Below, one piece after another: positions 39,176-49,253 of a DNA stretch of 64,000 nt. Under the pieces are notes generated by a model that was not told where the DNA came from, did not search any database, and was given only the letters and a program-made list of their open reading frames with translations. Origin of the DNA: Planctomycetota bacterium (lineage in GTDB: Bacteria; Planctomycetota; MHYJ01; WSZJ01); the NCBI GenBank assembly GCA_038060895.1, contig JBBTCT010000005.1:5713-69712 (forward strand), read 5' to 3'. Position 1 is the first letter of the stretch. Every line of letters starts with the position of its first letter. The position numbers and the translations under genes were made by a program.

Positions 39176-42100
39176 GTCCGGGACAGCCGCCTCTCCCACC
39201 CGGCCGCGCCCGCCGCACGCGCCTGCTCCATCGCTTCGGCCCGCAGGCGATCGGCTTCGACTGTTTCGCCGAGAGCCCGAAGAGCGCGGATCTGCGATTC
39301 GCGGATGGTGCAGGTCCAGCGAAGCGAAATGCTGCCGGCGGGCCGGCGGCGTGAAACGGCGAGCGCTTCGCCCGCGGCTTCGGCTCGCCCGGCGCGGGCC
39401 TCGGCCGCCGCCAGCGCGGCCGCGGCGACGCCCTCGCTGTAGGCGTCCCCCGCCGTGCGGGCGTAGGCCAGCGCCGTGGCGGCGTGCGTGGCGGCATCGG
39501 CAGCCGGGCGGCGGGAAAGCATTATCTGCGCATCCCAGGCGTCGACGGAATTCCCGGCTTCGAGCAACTCCTTCAACAGCTCCCCCGCCTGCGCCGCGAC
39601 AGCCGCGTCGTCGCCCTCGTATTCCGACACCTCCGCAAGCCCAAGCCTCGCTTCCGTCGCCGGCGGACGCGCGTTGATCTTGCGCGAGTACAGAAGCGCC
39701 TCCTCGAACGCCGCGCGCGCCTTCGCCCAGTCGCCCGTGTCCATGTAGAGGTTTCCGCGCGCGAGCCCCGACTCGATCATCCCCGCGGGATGCCCGAGCT
39801 TCCGGATAATCCCTTCAGCCCGCTCGAGGTGCGCCCGGGCTTCCTCCAGCCGCCCCTGCACGTGCGCAATCGTCGCCGAGCGATGCGTTGCCATGACCGT
39901 CAGGTCGGGCGCGCCGATTCCCTCGAGCTGCTCCAGCGCCTCCTTCTGCGAAGCGGCCGCGCCGTCGAAGTCGCGCAGGTGCATGAGCGACGTGCCGATC
40001 ATGATGAGCGCTTTTGCCGTGGCCGGCCGGTCGCCCGTCTCCCGGCCGATCGCCAGCGACTTCCGGTAGAGCTCGAGGGCCGCGGGGAAGCGCTGGCGGT
40101 TGGCGTGGGTGACGGCCATGTTGTGGTACGTCGTCGCGATACCAGCGCGGTCGCCGATCTTCTGCAGGATTGCGAGGCACTCGTGCCACCCTGCGAACGC
40201 TTCATCGTCGTGGCCCCGCATCCCGTCGATGATCGCAAGGTTGCTGAGCGCCGAGGCGATTGTAGGAAGGGTCCCGAGCTCGCGGAACAGGTCGAGGACT
40301 TCGCGGAGAAGGACGCGCGCGCCGTCGAGGTCACCCTGGACGCGGGCCAGGCTCGACAGTCCCTGGAGCGCGTTGGCGCGGCCGTGGCGGTTCCCGATCG
40401 TCGCGAAGAGCGCAGCCGCTTCGCGGGTCCGCCCGCGCGCGTCTTCCATGCGGGCGAGCTCGCGCAGGAGATTCCCCTGCTCGAGGAGGGACGTCGCGAG
40501 GTCGCCGGGGCGGTTCGCGGCGCGGAGGAGATCGCCCTGCTTTTCGTGCGCAGCGAGCGATCCGGCGAAATCTCCGCGCGCGCGGCGGAGCTGTCCGAGG
40601 AGCCGCTGGCGCGACGCCTCGAGCACAGTTCCTTCGGCCGGAGCAAGTGCCGCGATCCGGGCGCCGGCGTCCTCGACGACGGCCAGCGCCTCGTCGTAGC
40701 GCGCGACTTCCACGAGTCGCTCCGCGAGGCAGAGCCGCGTGCCGACTCCGCCGCTCCCCTCGGCGTCCGCGGCGACCGCGGCCGCGAGCGATTCCTCCTG
40801 CCTCCCCAGCATCGCCAGAGCGCGCGACGCGACGAGGCGCGCTTCCGCGGACCCCGAGTCCGCCGCTTCCGCAGCCGCGGGCGCGAATTGTCCGAGCATG
40901 AGATGCGAGCGCGCCGCGAGAAGCGCCGCTTCCGCCCCGCCGCCGGCGCGGCGAGCCTCCGTGGCCCAGCCCAGCGCTTCGCCCGGCACGCCGGCATCAA
41001 GCGCCTGCCGCCCGACGTCGAGCCAGAGGCGGGCTGCGTCGAGGGGCTGGCCCGCAAGCTCGAGGTGCGTCGCCGCCAGGGCCGCGACGGACCGGCCGCC
41101 GCCGTGCGCGCGAAGGCTCGCGGCGACGCGGGCGTGGAGGGCGCCGCGCTCTTTTTTCGGGAGAAGCGCGTACGCCGCGTCGCGCAGCAGCGCCTGCCGG
41201 AAGGAGAGCTCTTCGTCCCCCGCCAGGGCGCCGGGGTCGCGACACTCGACAACGCCGGAGGCCAGCGACGTCTCGAGGCCCGGCCCGGGGTCGCGCCCCC
41301 ACGCCTCGCCGAGGAGCCGCCGCCAGAAGGAGCGGCCGATCACGCTGGCGGCCTTCAGCGACTCACGGGCGCCCTCGCCCAGCGCATCCAGCCGCGCGGT
41401 CAGGATTCCCGCGAGCCCCTCCGGAATGCGCTCCGCCGAGCCAACGATCCGGTACGGCGGGCCTTCGATCAGCTTTTCGGCGACAAGGAAGCGCCCCATT
41501 TCCTCGATGAACCCCGGATGCCCGGCGCATTTTGCGCGAACGAACTCCGCGAGCCGTTCGTCTGCCTTGCCGCCGATCGAAGTTTCCAGCAGCAGGCGCG
41601 CGTCGTCCGCTTCCAGCGCGCCCAGCGCGAGCCGCTCGAATCCCGCGGGAGGGTTTCCGCGCGTGCGTGTCGTCAACAGGATCGCGACGCCGCGGCCCGC
41701 GAGCCGCTCCGCGAGCGTTCCGAGCAGCTGCACCGATTCGTCGCCCGCCCAGTGAATGTCCTCGAGCGCAATCGCCGCCGGCCCCAGCGACGACAGCCAC
41801 CGCCCCCACGCCACGCGCGTTTCAGTCGCGCGGCGAAGCGGCTCAATCGCAGCGACGCGAGTGTTTTCCAGCGCGAACCCCAGCGACATCGCCACGAGGT
41901 GCGCCCCGTTCTCCGCCGCCGTCGCATCGTCGCCGAGCTGCGCGAGGTCGGCCGCCACGCGGGCGACGACCGCGCCAACGTCGGAAGATCCCGCCCTTGC
42001 CCGCGCAACATCCCCCAGCGCCGAGTACGGAAGTCGCGCGGATTCCGGGAACCGTCCCGTCGCTGTCCACGTCCCGGGCGGCAGCGCCGCCAGGCACTCC

Positions 42101-42783
42101 TCGACCAGCCGCGTCTTCCCTGTCCCCGCTTCCCCGACAACCTCGACGAGGCCGCCGGCCGCGGCCGCCTTCGCGAGCCGCCCGAGTTCTGTCGCGCGAC
42201 CGACGAGCGGCCTCCGCGCACCCTCCTCGCCCGCCAGCGCCGTCGCCTCCCACGCCTCCACCGGCTCGGCGCGCCCCTTCACCGCAATCGCCCCGCGCGC
42301 CGTGAACGACACGCGCCCGCGCGACAGGCGGCGTACGGAAGCGCCGGCCAGCACCGTCCCCGGCACCGCGGACGCTTCGAGCCTCTGGGCGACGTTGACG
42401 GCATCGCCCATCGCCGTCGGCCGGTCGCCGCCGACGCTTCCCCACAGGACTTCCCCCGCGTTCACGCCGACGCGCAACCGCAGCTCAAGCCCGCGCTCGC
42501 GGTTGAACTTCTTCAGCTCCTCCTGCATCCCCAGCCCCGCGCATACCGCGCGGTACGCCTCGTCCCCCCGCGCCACCGGCGCCCCGAACACCGCCATCAC
42601 CGCGTCGCCGATGAACTTGTCCACCGCGCCGCCCTGCTCTTCAATCCGGACGCGGAATACGCAAAACAGCGCGTCGACGATGTCGCGCACGTCCTCGGGG
42701 TCGAGAGTCTCGGAGAGCGAAGTGAAGCCCTTGAGGTCCGAGAAAAGGACGGTGACGAAACGGCGTTCTCCCGCGCTGCCCAT
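39172..42783 (-). CDS. Class III adenylate/guanylate cyclase - STAND ATPase - TPR protein
   Basis: [30 protein letters not shown]; Walker [15 protein letters not shown]; long TPR array. The real start is probably the ATG at 42783. Confidence 0.9.
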   Translation of the reverse strand: MGSAGERRFVTVLFSDLKGFTSLSETLDPEDVRDIVDALFCVFRVRIEEQGGAVDKFIGDAVMAVFGAPVARGDEAYRAVCAGLGMQEELKKFNRERGLELRLRVGVNAGEVLWGSVGGDRPTAMGDAVNVAQRLEASAVPGTVLAGASVRRLSRGRVSFTARGAIAVKGRAEPVEAWEATALAGEEGARRPLVGRATELGRLAKAAAAGGLVEVVGEAGTGKTRLVEECLAALPPGTWTATGRFPESARLPYSALGDVARARAGSSDVGAVVARVAADLAQLGDDATAAENGAHLVAMSLGFALENTRVAAIEPLRRATETRVAWGRWLSSLGPAAIALEDIHWAGDESVQLLGTLAERLAGRGVAILLTTRTRGNPPAGFERLALGALEADDARLLLETSIGGKADERLAEFVRAKCAGHPGFIEEMGRFLVAEKLIEGPPYRIVGSAERIPEGLAGILTARLDALGEGARESLKAASVIGRSFWRRLLGEAWGRDPGPGLETSLASGVVECRDPGALAGDEELSFRQALLRDAAYALLPKKERGALHARVAASLRAHGGGRSVAALAATHLELAGQPLDAARLWLDVGRQALDAGVPGEALGWATEARRAGGGAEAALLAARSHLMLGQFAPAAAEAADSGSAEARLVASRALAMLGRQEESLAAAVAADAEGSGGVGTRLCLAERLVEVARYDEALAVVEDAGARIAALAPAEGTVLEASRQRLLGQLRRARGDFAGSLAAHEKQGDLLRAANRPGDLATSLLEQGNLLRELARMEDARGRTREAAALFATIGNRHGRANALQGLSSLARVQGDLDGARVLLREVLDLFRELGTLPTIASALSNLAIIDGMRGHDDEAFAGWHECLAILQKIGDRAGIATTYHNMAVTHANRQRFPAALELYRKSLAIGRETGDRPATAKALIMIGTSLMHLRDFDGAAASQKEALEQLEGIGAPDLTVMATHRSATIAHVQGRLEEARAHLERAEGIIRKLGHPAGMIESGLARGNLYMDTGDWAKARAAFEEALLYSRKINARPPATEARLGLAEVSEYEGDDAAVAAQAGELLKELLEAGNSVDAWDAQIMLSRRPAADAATHAATALAYARTAGDAYSEGVAAAALAAAEARAGRAEAAGEALAVSRRRPAGSISLRWTCTIRESQIRALRALGETVEADRLRAEAMEQARAAGAAGWERRLSRT

Positions 42784-42796
42784 CGGCGCATTGTAG

Positions 42797-43000
42797 GGGC
42801 GACCCCGCGATGGGCACCATGGCACGCTGAAGCGCAATAACGAGGTCAGCGAAGTCGAGCGCGGCACGCCTCTCGGCTTGATCCGCATGGGTTCGCAGGT
42901 GGACGTGTGGACGGTCCCCGGCGAGTTCAAGCCGCTCCGCTCGCCGGGCGAAAGGGTGCGCGCGGGAGACATGGTCCTGGGAACGCGCAGGACGAGCTGA
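42797..43000 (+). pseudogene. C-terminal remnant of a phosphatidylserine decarboxylase (psd-like)
   Basis: The frame reads ...VERGTPLGLIRMGSQVDVWTVPGEFKPLRSPGERVRAGDMVLG..*, matching the Psd G|S self-cleavage region. It is bounded upstream by an in-frame TAG at 42794 with no start codon. Confidence 0.65.
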
Positions 43001-43007
43001 CCCCCGT

Positions 43008-44129
43008 TCACGGGCTGCGGCGTTCGAACCTCGAAGGCGCGAACGGATACGCCGTGTGCACGAAGTAGTTCTCGGGGATCGGGTTCCCTGCGATCCCGTA
43101 GACGGAGGGCCACTCGTCGCCTTTCGGAAGCAGCAGCGTGCCGAAGACCCGGTCGAGAAGCGGCAGGTGCACGGCGAAATTCCTGTCGATGGCGCGTTCT
43201 TCGGCGGCGTGGTGCCAATGGTGAAAGCGCGGCGTGGCGATGACGTGATCGAGCCAGCCGAAGCGGAAGCGGACGTTGGCGTGGATGAAGACCGCATGGA
43301 AGGAGACGAAGAACAGGTAGGCGAAGACGGGCTTTTCGCCGAAACCGAGGACGTAGAGCGGCACGAACGTGAAGGCGCGCACGAGGACGATGTCCACGAG
43401 GTGCAGGCGGGACCCTGCGATCCAATCCATGCTTTCGCAGGAATGGTGGATGGCGTGAAAGCGCCAGAGGAACGGAAGCCGATGCTCGAAGCGATGGATC
43501 CAGTACTCGCAGAAATCGGCGACGAACAGGATCTCGATGAACTGGAGCCAGCCGGGCTGGGACGCGACGGCGTGCTGGAGGCCGGCGTTGACGGCCCACG
43601 CGAAGAAGACGCGCGCCGGGGCGAGGGTGAGAAAAACGCTCACCTGCACGAGCATGTGACTCACGAAGAAGTGGGCGAGATCTGTCCGCCAGCCCTTCCG
43701 GAACACGCCCTGCTCGCGGATCCGCGCGAAGAAGCGCTCCATCGGGACGAAAATGAAGGCCAGGAAGAAGAGGTTGAGGAGAAACCAGTCGAGCCCGAAG
43801 TAGGCGGTCTGCTGCACCGGGCGTTCGGGGATGGTCGATCCGCCCATCAGGACGGCGGCCGTGGCGAGCCCGATTCCAAGGCCGCCCAGGATTTTCCGTT
43901 TGCGCAGGACGATGCTGACGAGGCCGAAAACCAGCGCCCCCACGAGAACGAAGTGCAGCAGCGCTCTCAAAAAGTGAAGCGGAACCGCGTTCCGGACCTC
44001 CGGCGTCGTCAGCGCTTCGGGAAAGAGGAAGCACAGGACGCCTCCCATTCCCATCGCTCCGAGCACCGCGGACAGGACGCCGCTGATCCAGCCGGAGCCG
44101 AGGTGTTTCGGCGCCTCGGGCGCGATCAC
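43008..44129 (-). CDS. Sterol desaturase / fatty-acid hydroxylase superfamily membrane protein
   Basis: His boxes YWIHRFEH, FHAIHH, FIHAN, HHWHH. The GTG start overlaps the upstream TGA. Confidence 0.88.
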   Translation of the reverse strand: MIAPEAPKHLGSGWISGVLSAVLGAMGMGGVLCFLFPEALTTPEVRNAVPLHFLRALLHFVLVGALVFGLVSIVLRKRKILGGLGIGLATAAVLMGGSTIPERPVQQTAYFGLDWFLLNLFFLAFIFVPMERFFARIREQGVFRKGWRTDLAHFFVSHMLVQVSVFLTLAPARVFFAWAVNAGLQHAVASQPGWLQFIEILFVADFCEYWIHRFEHRLPFLWRFHAIHHSCESMDWIAGSRLHLVDIVLVRAFTFVPLYVLGFGEKPVFAYLFFVSFHAVFIHANVRFRFGWLDHVIATPRFHHWHHAAEERAIDRNFAVHLPLLDRVFGTLLLPKGDEWPSVYGIAGNPIPENYFVHTAYPFAPSRFERRSP

Positions 44130-44836
44130 GCTGCGAAGTCCGGCGAGGCCGCGGGCGCTTCTCCCTCGGCCGACTTCGGAACGCCGGCCGCGACGAGAAC
44201 TCGCTCGGCCGCTTCCCAGAACCGGATCTTCTCCATCAGCACGTTCGCCCAGCCGTTCGTGACGCAGTAGTGGCGCGCGTACGGCGGCGCATGGTGGACG
44301 GCGTGATGCGACGGCGTGAGAACGAGGCGGCACTTCTGGAGGAAGCGCGCCAGGGCGTTCGGCGACGGCTCGTGGGCCCAGCGGTGGAACTGGTTGGTGG
44401 CGACGGTGCCGAGGCACAAACTGACGAGGGTTGCGTAGACGAAGAGCCACGCATCGGACGCCGCAGGATCGATCGCGAGGAGAGAAGCGCCCACGGGGGC
44501 GACGGCGACGCAGTTGCTCCCGTTGAGCTCGAGGAAGTGGTGGCGCGTGATGCTGAGCGGGTCGCGGTGGTGTTCGCGGAACGACCGGATCAGAAGCGGG
44601 CCGAGGACCGGCGTGTCCTCCTCGAAGAACGTATCGCAGAACCAGTGGGCGAATCCCGTTGCGAAATCCGAGAGCACGTAGCCGAGAGGCACGGCAAGTG
44701 TGATCAGCGCCGTGCGCGACGCGGATGTGAACTCGTGGCCGAGGCGCTCGATCGCAACCGCGATGAAGAACGTCCAGGCCGCGACGCCGAATGCGTCGAG
44801 GAGCCATGCGTAGCGCGGAGGCGGGGCGGCGGACAT
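44126..44836 (-). CDS. CarF/TMEM189 (PEDS1)-family lipid desaturase
   Basis: DFATGFAHWFCDT, FREHHRDP..ITRHHFLELNGSNC, NQFHRWAH, HHAVHH..PYARHYCVTNGWAN. Confidence 0.85.
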   Translation of the reverse strand: MSAAPPPRYAWLLDAFGVAAWTFFIAVAIERLGHEFTSASRTALITLAVPLGYVLSDFATGFAHWFCDTFFEEDTPVLGPLLIRSFREHHRDPLSITRHHFLELNGSNCVAVAPVGASLLAIDPAASDAWLFVYATLVSLCLGTVATNQFHRWAHEPSPNALARFLQKCRLVLTPSHHAVHHAPPYARHYCVTNGWANVLMEKIRFWEAAERVLVAAGVPKSAEGEAPAASPDFAA

Positions 44837-44892
44837 GCCGGAATTCTAAACGCGGTCTTCCGGGCGAATCGCGCTAAACCGCGCGCCGCCGG

Positions 44893-45861
44893 TCAGGGGG
44901 CTTTCGAGAGAATCAGCTTCCCGTCTTTCATGGAACACCGGATACCTGCCTGGAATGAGAGCAGGTCCAGGATTCTGTCTGCCGTCAGGTCCTTTACGGG
45001 CAGCGACACCTTTGGATTCGGGCAGTCCTTCTCTTTCACGAATTCCACGAGCAGGAACTGAGCCAGGAAGCCCGTCGCCTCCTCGACAGAAATCGCCTCG
45101 AAGTCGAGCTTCGCCCAGGCGGAGTCGGCCGGAGCCCCTTCAGCACTCATGTCGACACGCGTTGTCCCGAATTTGTAGAACGCGAACACATCCGCTTCCG
45201 GTGCGCCCGCCGGAACCCGCATCACCGGGAACGCACGGAGGGCCTTTGCTCTTTCCGGCGTCACGAGCACCACGACGCCATACCGGTAGAACAGGCTCCC
45301 TCCAGCCGCCTCTCTGATCTTTTCGAGGGCGTCTTTCGAGGTCATTTCGCCGGTCAGCGACACGGGCCGACCCCCGAGCTCCGCGGATTGGATGTCGAGC
45401 ACCACGGGCTGCTTCGTCTCCCTGCGAAGCGCGGCGAGCGCCTTCGACACGGTGGAATCGTGGAGGTCCATTCGAACCATCTCCCTTTCCACCAGCCGGC
45501 GCGAATTTGAAGATTGCGAGCTTTCTTCCCCGCCGCTCAGATCCTCGATCTTCATGTAGATCTTGCCGACGACCGCAGGTTCCTCACGGTACTCCAGGAT
45601 CGCCTGCAGTAGTTCGATGGCCTCCTCTGCCTTACCGCTCTCCGCCACTCGCACCGCCAGCTCGTACTTCGCCTCCAGGACCAGCGCCCTGTCGCGTCTG
45701 CACCGGTCATGCAACTCCTCCAGGACCTTCTGAGAACCGGCCACGTCGCCCGAATCGGACATCTTGCGTGACCGCGCCATCGCTTCGGAGAACGGCTCCT
45801 CGGTACGCACGGAGGCGCCCGTCAGAGCCACGATGACGACCGCCTCGATGAATCTCTTCAT
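44893..45861 (-). CDS. Exported protein with TPR and STN/secretin-N-like domains
   Basis: Signal-like N-terminus; two repeats of the pattern D....V..AL..L.........VSL......AL..I. Confidence 0.5.
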   Translation of the reverse strand: MKRFIEAVVIVALTGASVRTEEPFSEAMARSRKMSDSGDVAGSQKVLEELHDRCRRDRALVLEAKYELAVRVAESGKAEEAIELLQAILEYREEPAVVGKIYMKIEDLSGGEESSQSSNSRRLVEREMVRMDLHDSTVSKALAALRRETKQPVVLDIQSAELGGRPVSLTGEMTSKDALEKIREAAGGSLFYRYGVVVLVTPERAKALRAFPVMRVPAGAPEADVFAFYKFGTTRVDMSAEGAPADSAWAKLDFEAISVEEATGFLAQFLLVEFVKEKDCPNPKVSLPVKDLTADRILDLLSFQAGIRCSMKDGKLILSKAP

Positions 45862-45981
45862 CCTGGTCTCCCGTGAAATGAGCGTGGCTTCAGGAATCCT
45901 CGCTGTTGACCCGTCGCCCCTCGCCGGCGGCTTCGACTCGGCATTCGACAGCGCCCGGCCTCGCCCGTAGCATTCGATCCG

Positions 45982-46647
45982 GTGATCCGCTTCGACGACG
46001 TCCGCAAAGTCTACACGCAGGGCGCCCGCGAAGTCCGCGCTCTCGACGGGCTCACGCTGCACGTTCCACGCGGCGAGTTCCTGGCGGTGATGGGACCGTC
46101 GGGAAGCGGCAAGTCGACCTTCCTGCACCTGTCCGGCGGACTGGATCTCCCTTCCTCGGGAACCGTGACTCTCGACGGGCAGAATACCGCGACGCTCGGG
46201 GACGACGGGCTCACGATGCTCCGACGGCGGAAAATCGGGTTCGTCTTCCAGTTTTTTAACCTGATGCCGACGCTGCGCGTAGTCGAAAACGTGGCGCTCC
46301 CCCTGCTGCTGGACGGCAAGGGCACCGCGTCGGCCATGCCGAAGGCCGCGGCGCTCCTGGAACGCGTCGGGCTGACGTCCCGAATCGACCACTTTCCGGA
46401 CGAGCTCTCCGGCGGCGAAATGCAGCGGGTCGCGATCGCGCGCGCGCTGGTCATCGACCCGGCGCTGGTGCTGGCGGACGAGCCGACCGGGAACCTGGAC
46501 AGCGCGACCGGACGCGGGATCCTGGAATTGCTCAAGGAAGTCGCCGAGAAGGAAGGCCGCACGATCGTCATGGTGACGCACGACGAAGCGGCCGCAAAGT
46601 TCGCGCAGCGCACGGCGCGTCTCCGGGACGGGAAGCTGGACGCGTGA
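45982..46647 (+). CDS. ABC transporter ATP-binding protein (LolD/MacB type)
   Basis: GPSGSGKST, IGFVFQFFNL, LSGGEMQRVAIARAL, ADEPTGNLD, VTHD. Confidence 0.95.
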   Translation: MIRFDDVRKVYTQGAREVRALDGLTLHVPRGEFLAVMGPSGSGKSTFLHLSGGLDLPSSGTVTLDGQNTATLGDDGLTMLRRRKIGFVFQFFNLMPTLRVVENVALPLLLDGKGTASAMPKAAALLERVGLTSRIDHFPDELSGGEMQRVAIARALVIDPALVLADEPTGNLDSATGRGILELLKEVAEKEGRTIVMVTHDEAAAKFAQRTARLRDGKLDA

Positions 46648-49217
46648 AGACTCTCCTTCGTTTCTTCTCGGCGCGTCACATCGCGAAGCACCCGATCCGG
46701 GCGCTCCTTGGCGCCGCTTCGGTCGCGCTGGGCGTCGCTCTGTATGTCTCGATCGACACTGCGAACACTTCCATCGCAGCCGCCTTCGAGAAATCGGTGA
46801 ACGACCTCGCCGGGAAGGCGGAGCTCCAGGTGACGACGGCGGAGGGCATCGGCGTCGATGACGGGGCCCTCGCAAAGATCAAATCGGTGCCCGGGACGAT
46901 CGCGGCGCCGGTCATCCACCGGGCCGTGACGTTTCCCGGGCTCGCGGATCCACAGATCCTGGCCATCGGCGTCGATTTCCAGTCGGACGCGCTTCTGCGC
47001 ATGTATTCCTTCGAAGGCGCGGCCTCGGACCCGAAGGAGTTCGTCGCGGCGGCCTTCGTGCCCAACGCGATCGTGCTGACGAAGCGGTACGCGGAGCGCA
47101 ACGGGATCGCGAAGAAGGCGAAGCTGAAGGCCTCCACCCCGCTCGGGCTCCGCACCCTCGTGGTGACGGGGCTGATGGAGGACGAGGGCCCGGCGAAGGC
47201 GATGGGCGGGAACGTCGGCGTGATGTCGATTGCGGCGGCGCAGGAGTTGTTCGGCATGAAGGGCCGCTTCGACCGGATCGAGGTGGCTCCGGACGGGATC
47301 GGCGTCGACGAGTTGACGCAGCGCGTCAAGAGCGCGCTCGGGCCCGGGTACGACGTCCGCCGCCTGTCGCGCAAGAGCACGGCCGTCGAGATCGCGCTCG
47401 CGCGCCTGCGCTCGATGATCGTCATCTCCGCCATCGCGCTCGTCGTCGGGCTCTTCATCATCTACAACTCCGTCTCCATCTCCGTCGTCGAGCGCGTCCG
47501 CGAGATCGGGATCCTGCGGTCGCTGGGGGCGAAGCGCGGCCAGATCCTTTCGACGGTGATCCTCGAGTGGGCGCTGATCGGAGCGCTGGGGAGCTGCGCC
47601 GGGCTGGCGGGTGGATTCCTGATGTCGAAGATCCTCGTTCCGCGCGCCTCGGGCGCCGTGAACATGTTTGCGTTCGCCGTCCGCGTCGAGGACATCGTCT
47701 TTTCCTGGAGCGGCGCCGCCGTGGCGGTGCTCGCAGGCACGCTGACCGCGGCGGCCGCGGCCTTCTTCCCCGGGATCGCCGCGATGTCCGTCACGCCGAT
47801 CGGGCTCCTGCGCCAGGGCACCTACCAGTACCGCCAGACCCCGAGATTCCGGGCCGCGTTCTTCGCCGGGATCCTCCTCCTGGCGGCCGGGGTCATCACG
47901 CTGGTCGCAGGGAACGACCGCCTCCACCCGTACGTCCTGCTCGCCATCACCACGATCGCCTTTTTCGCCATCGCGCTCTGCGGCCCCCAGTGCACCACCT
48001 GGCTTGCGCGCGCAACACGGCCGCTTCTCTGGCGCATCTTCCGCATCGAAGGCTCCCTCGCCGCCGACGACCTCGCCAAATTCCCGCAGCGCACGGGCCT
48101 CACCGTCGCCGCATTCGGCGGAGCGATCTCGATCCTCGTCGCGTCCGCTTCCCTCGTCGAGTCGTTCCGTGCTTCGACGGAGCGCTGGATGGAAGTTTCG
48201 TTCCCGTTCGACCTCTCGCTGAATTCCTCGGACCTCTCGACGTCGTTCTACAGCACGAGCGCGTTCGGGGAAGAGGTCCTGGAGGCGTCGCGGAAGGTCG
48301 AGGGCGTCGAGGCTGCCTACGGCGTCCGCTCGACCACGATCCCATGGGGCGACCTCGAGATCATGCTGATCGCCATCGACATGGACGAGTTCTTCACGAT
48401 GCACCGCGCCCACGGCACGAAGGGCGGCCCTCTCGACCTCGACCGCCCGGAGATCAGGAGAGCGCTCGCTTCAGGCGAAGGCATCCTCATCTCCGAGAAC
48501 CTGGCGGCGCTGGACCGTCTCGCGCCTGGGGACACACTCGAGCTCGCGACGCCGGCCGGGGGAAGGAGCTTCAAGGTCCTCGCGAGCATCGAGGACTACT
48601 CCTGGCCGCTCGGCACAGTCTGCGTGGACCGGGAGGCGTACAAGCGAATCTGGGGCGACGCGACGCTGAGCTACGTCGACGTCCGCCTCGCACCGGGCGC
48701 CGATCCGCAGAAAACCCGCGCTCGACTTGCCGATTCCGTGAAGAACCTCTCGACCATCTTCGTTTACTCCGTCCCCGAGCTCCAGGCGGTCGGAAGCGGT
48801 TTCTTCGACCAGGTGCTCGCCCTCACGCGCGTGCAGGTCTTCCTCGCGCTCATCATCGGCTTCCTCGGCATCGTGAACACCCTGCTCATCTCCGTCCTCC
48901 TCCGAACCCGCGAGATCGGCCTCCTCCGCGCCGTCGGCGCCACCCGCGCGCAGATCCGCCGGAGCGTTGTCGTCGAATCCGTCATGATCGCCCTCGCGGG
49001 AAGCGCGCTCGGCGTCGCCGCGGGTCTCGCCGGCGCCGCCTGGCCGATCCGCCTCTTCATTCTCCGCATGGCCGGCTTCTGGTTCCCGCTCGAAATCCCC
49101 TGGGGGGACATCGGCCTGGCGCTGCTTGCGGGAGCGGTCCTCGGCGTCGTCGCGAGCCTGGTGCCAGCGCGAAGGGCTTCGCGGATGAACGTGCTGGATG
49201 CGATCAGCTATGAGTGA
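46644..49217 (+). CDS. FtsX-like/MacB-type ABC permease (two modules)
   Basis: Two FtsX motifs, ERVREIGILRSLGA and RTREIGLLRAVGA; C-terminal PARRASRMNVLDAISYE. Confidence 0.92.
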   Translation: MKTLLRFFSARHIAKHPIRALLGAASVALGVALYVSIDTANTSIAAAFEKSVNDLAGKAELQVTTAEGIGVDDGALAKIKSVPGTIAAPVIHRAVTFPGLADPQILAIGVDFQSDALLRMYSFEGAASDPKEFVAAAFVPNAIVLTKRYAERNGIAKKAKLKASTPLGLRTLVVTGLMEDEGPAKAMGGNVGVMSIAAAQELFGMKGRFDRIEVAPDGIGVDELTQRVKSALGPGYDVRRLSRKSTAVEIALARLRSMIVISAIALVVGLFIIYNSVSISVVERVREIGILRSLGAKRGQILSTVILEWALIGALGSCAGLAGGFLMSKILVPRASGAVNMFAFAVRVEDIVFSWSGAAVAVLAGTLTAAAAAFFPGIAAMSVTPIGLLRQGTYQYRQTPRFRAAFFAGILLLAAGVITLVAGNDRLHPYVLLAITTIAFFAIALCGPQCTTWLARATRPLLWRIFRIEGSLAADDLAKFPQRTGLTVAAFGGAISILVASASLVESFRASTERWMEVSFPFDLSLNSSDLSTSFYSTSAFGEEVLEASRKVEGVEAAYGVRSTTIPWGDLEIMLIAIDMDEFFTMHRAHGTKGGPLDLDRPEIRRALASGEGILISENLAALDRLAPGDTLELATPAGGRSFKVLASIEDYSWPLGTVCVDREAYKRIWGDATLSYVDVRLAPGADPQKTRARLADSVKNLSTIFVYSVPELQAVGSGFFDQVLALTRVQVFLALIIGFLGIVNTLLISVLLRTREIGLLRAVGATRAQIRRSVVVESVMIALAGSALGVAAGLAGAAWPIRLFILRMAGFWFPLEIPWGDIGLALLAGAVLGVVASLVPARRASRMNVLDAISYE

Positions 49218-49253
49218 AGAAGAAGCCAGATCCAATCCCCCAGGAAGGAATTC

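Noticed and set aside
42784-44034. N-terminal 417 aa of the 1620-aa ORF 39172-44034
   Set aside because: This stretch overlaps the hydroxylase gene in another frame. Cyclase homology starts at the ATG at 42783, which has its own -10 box.
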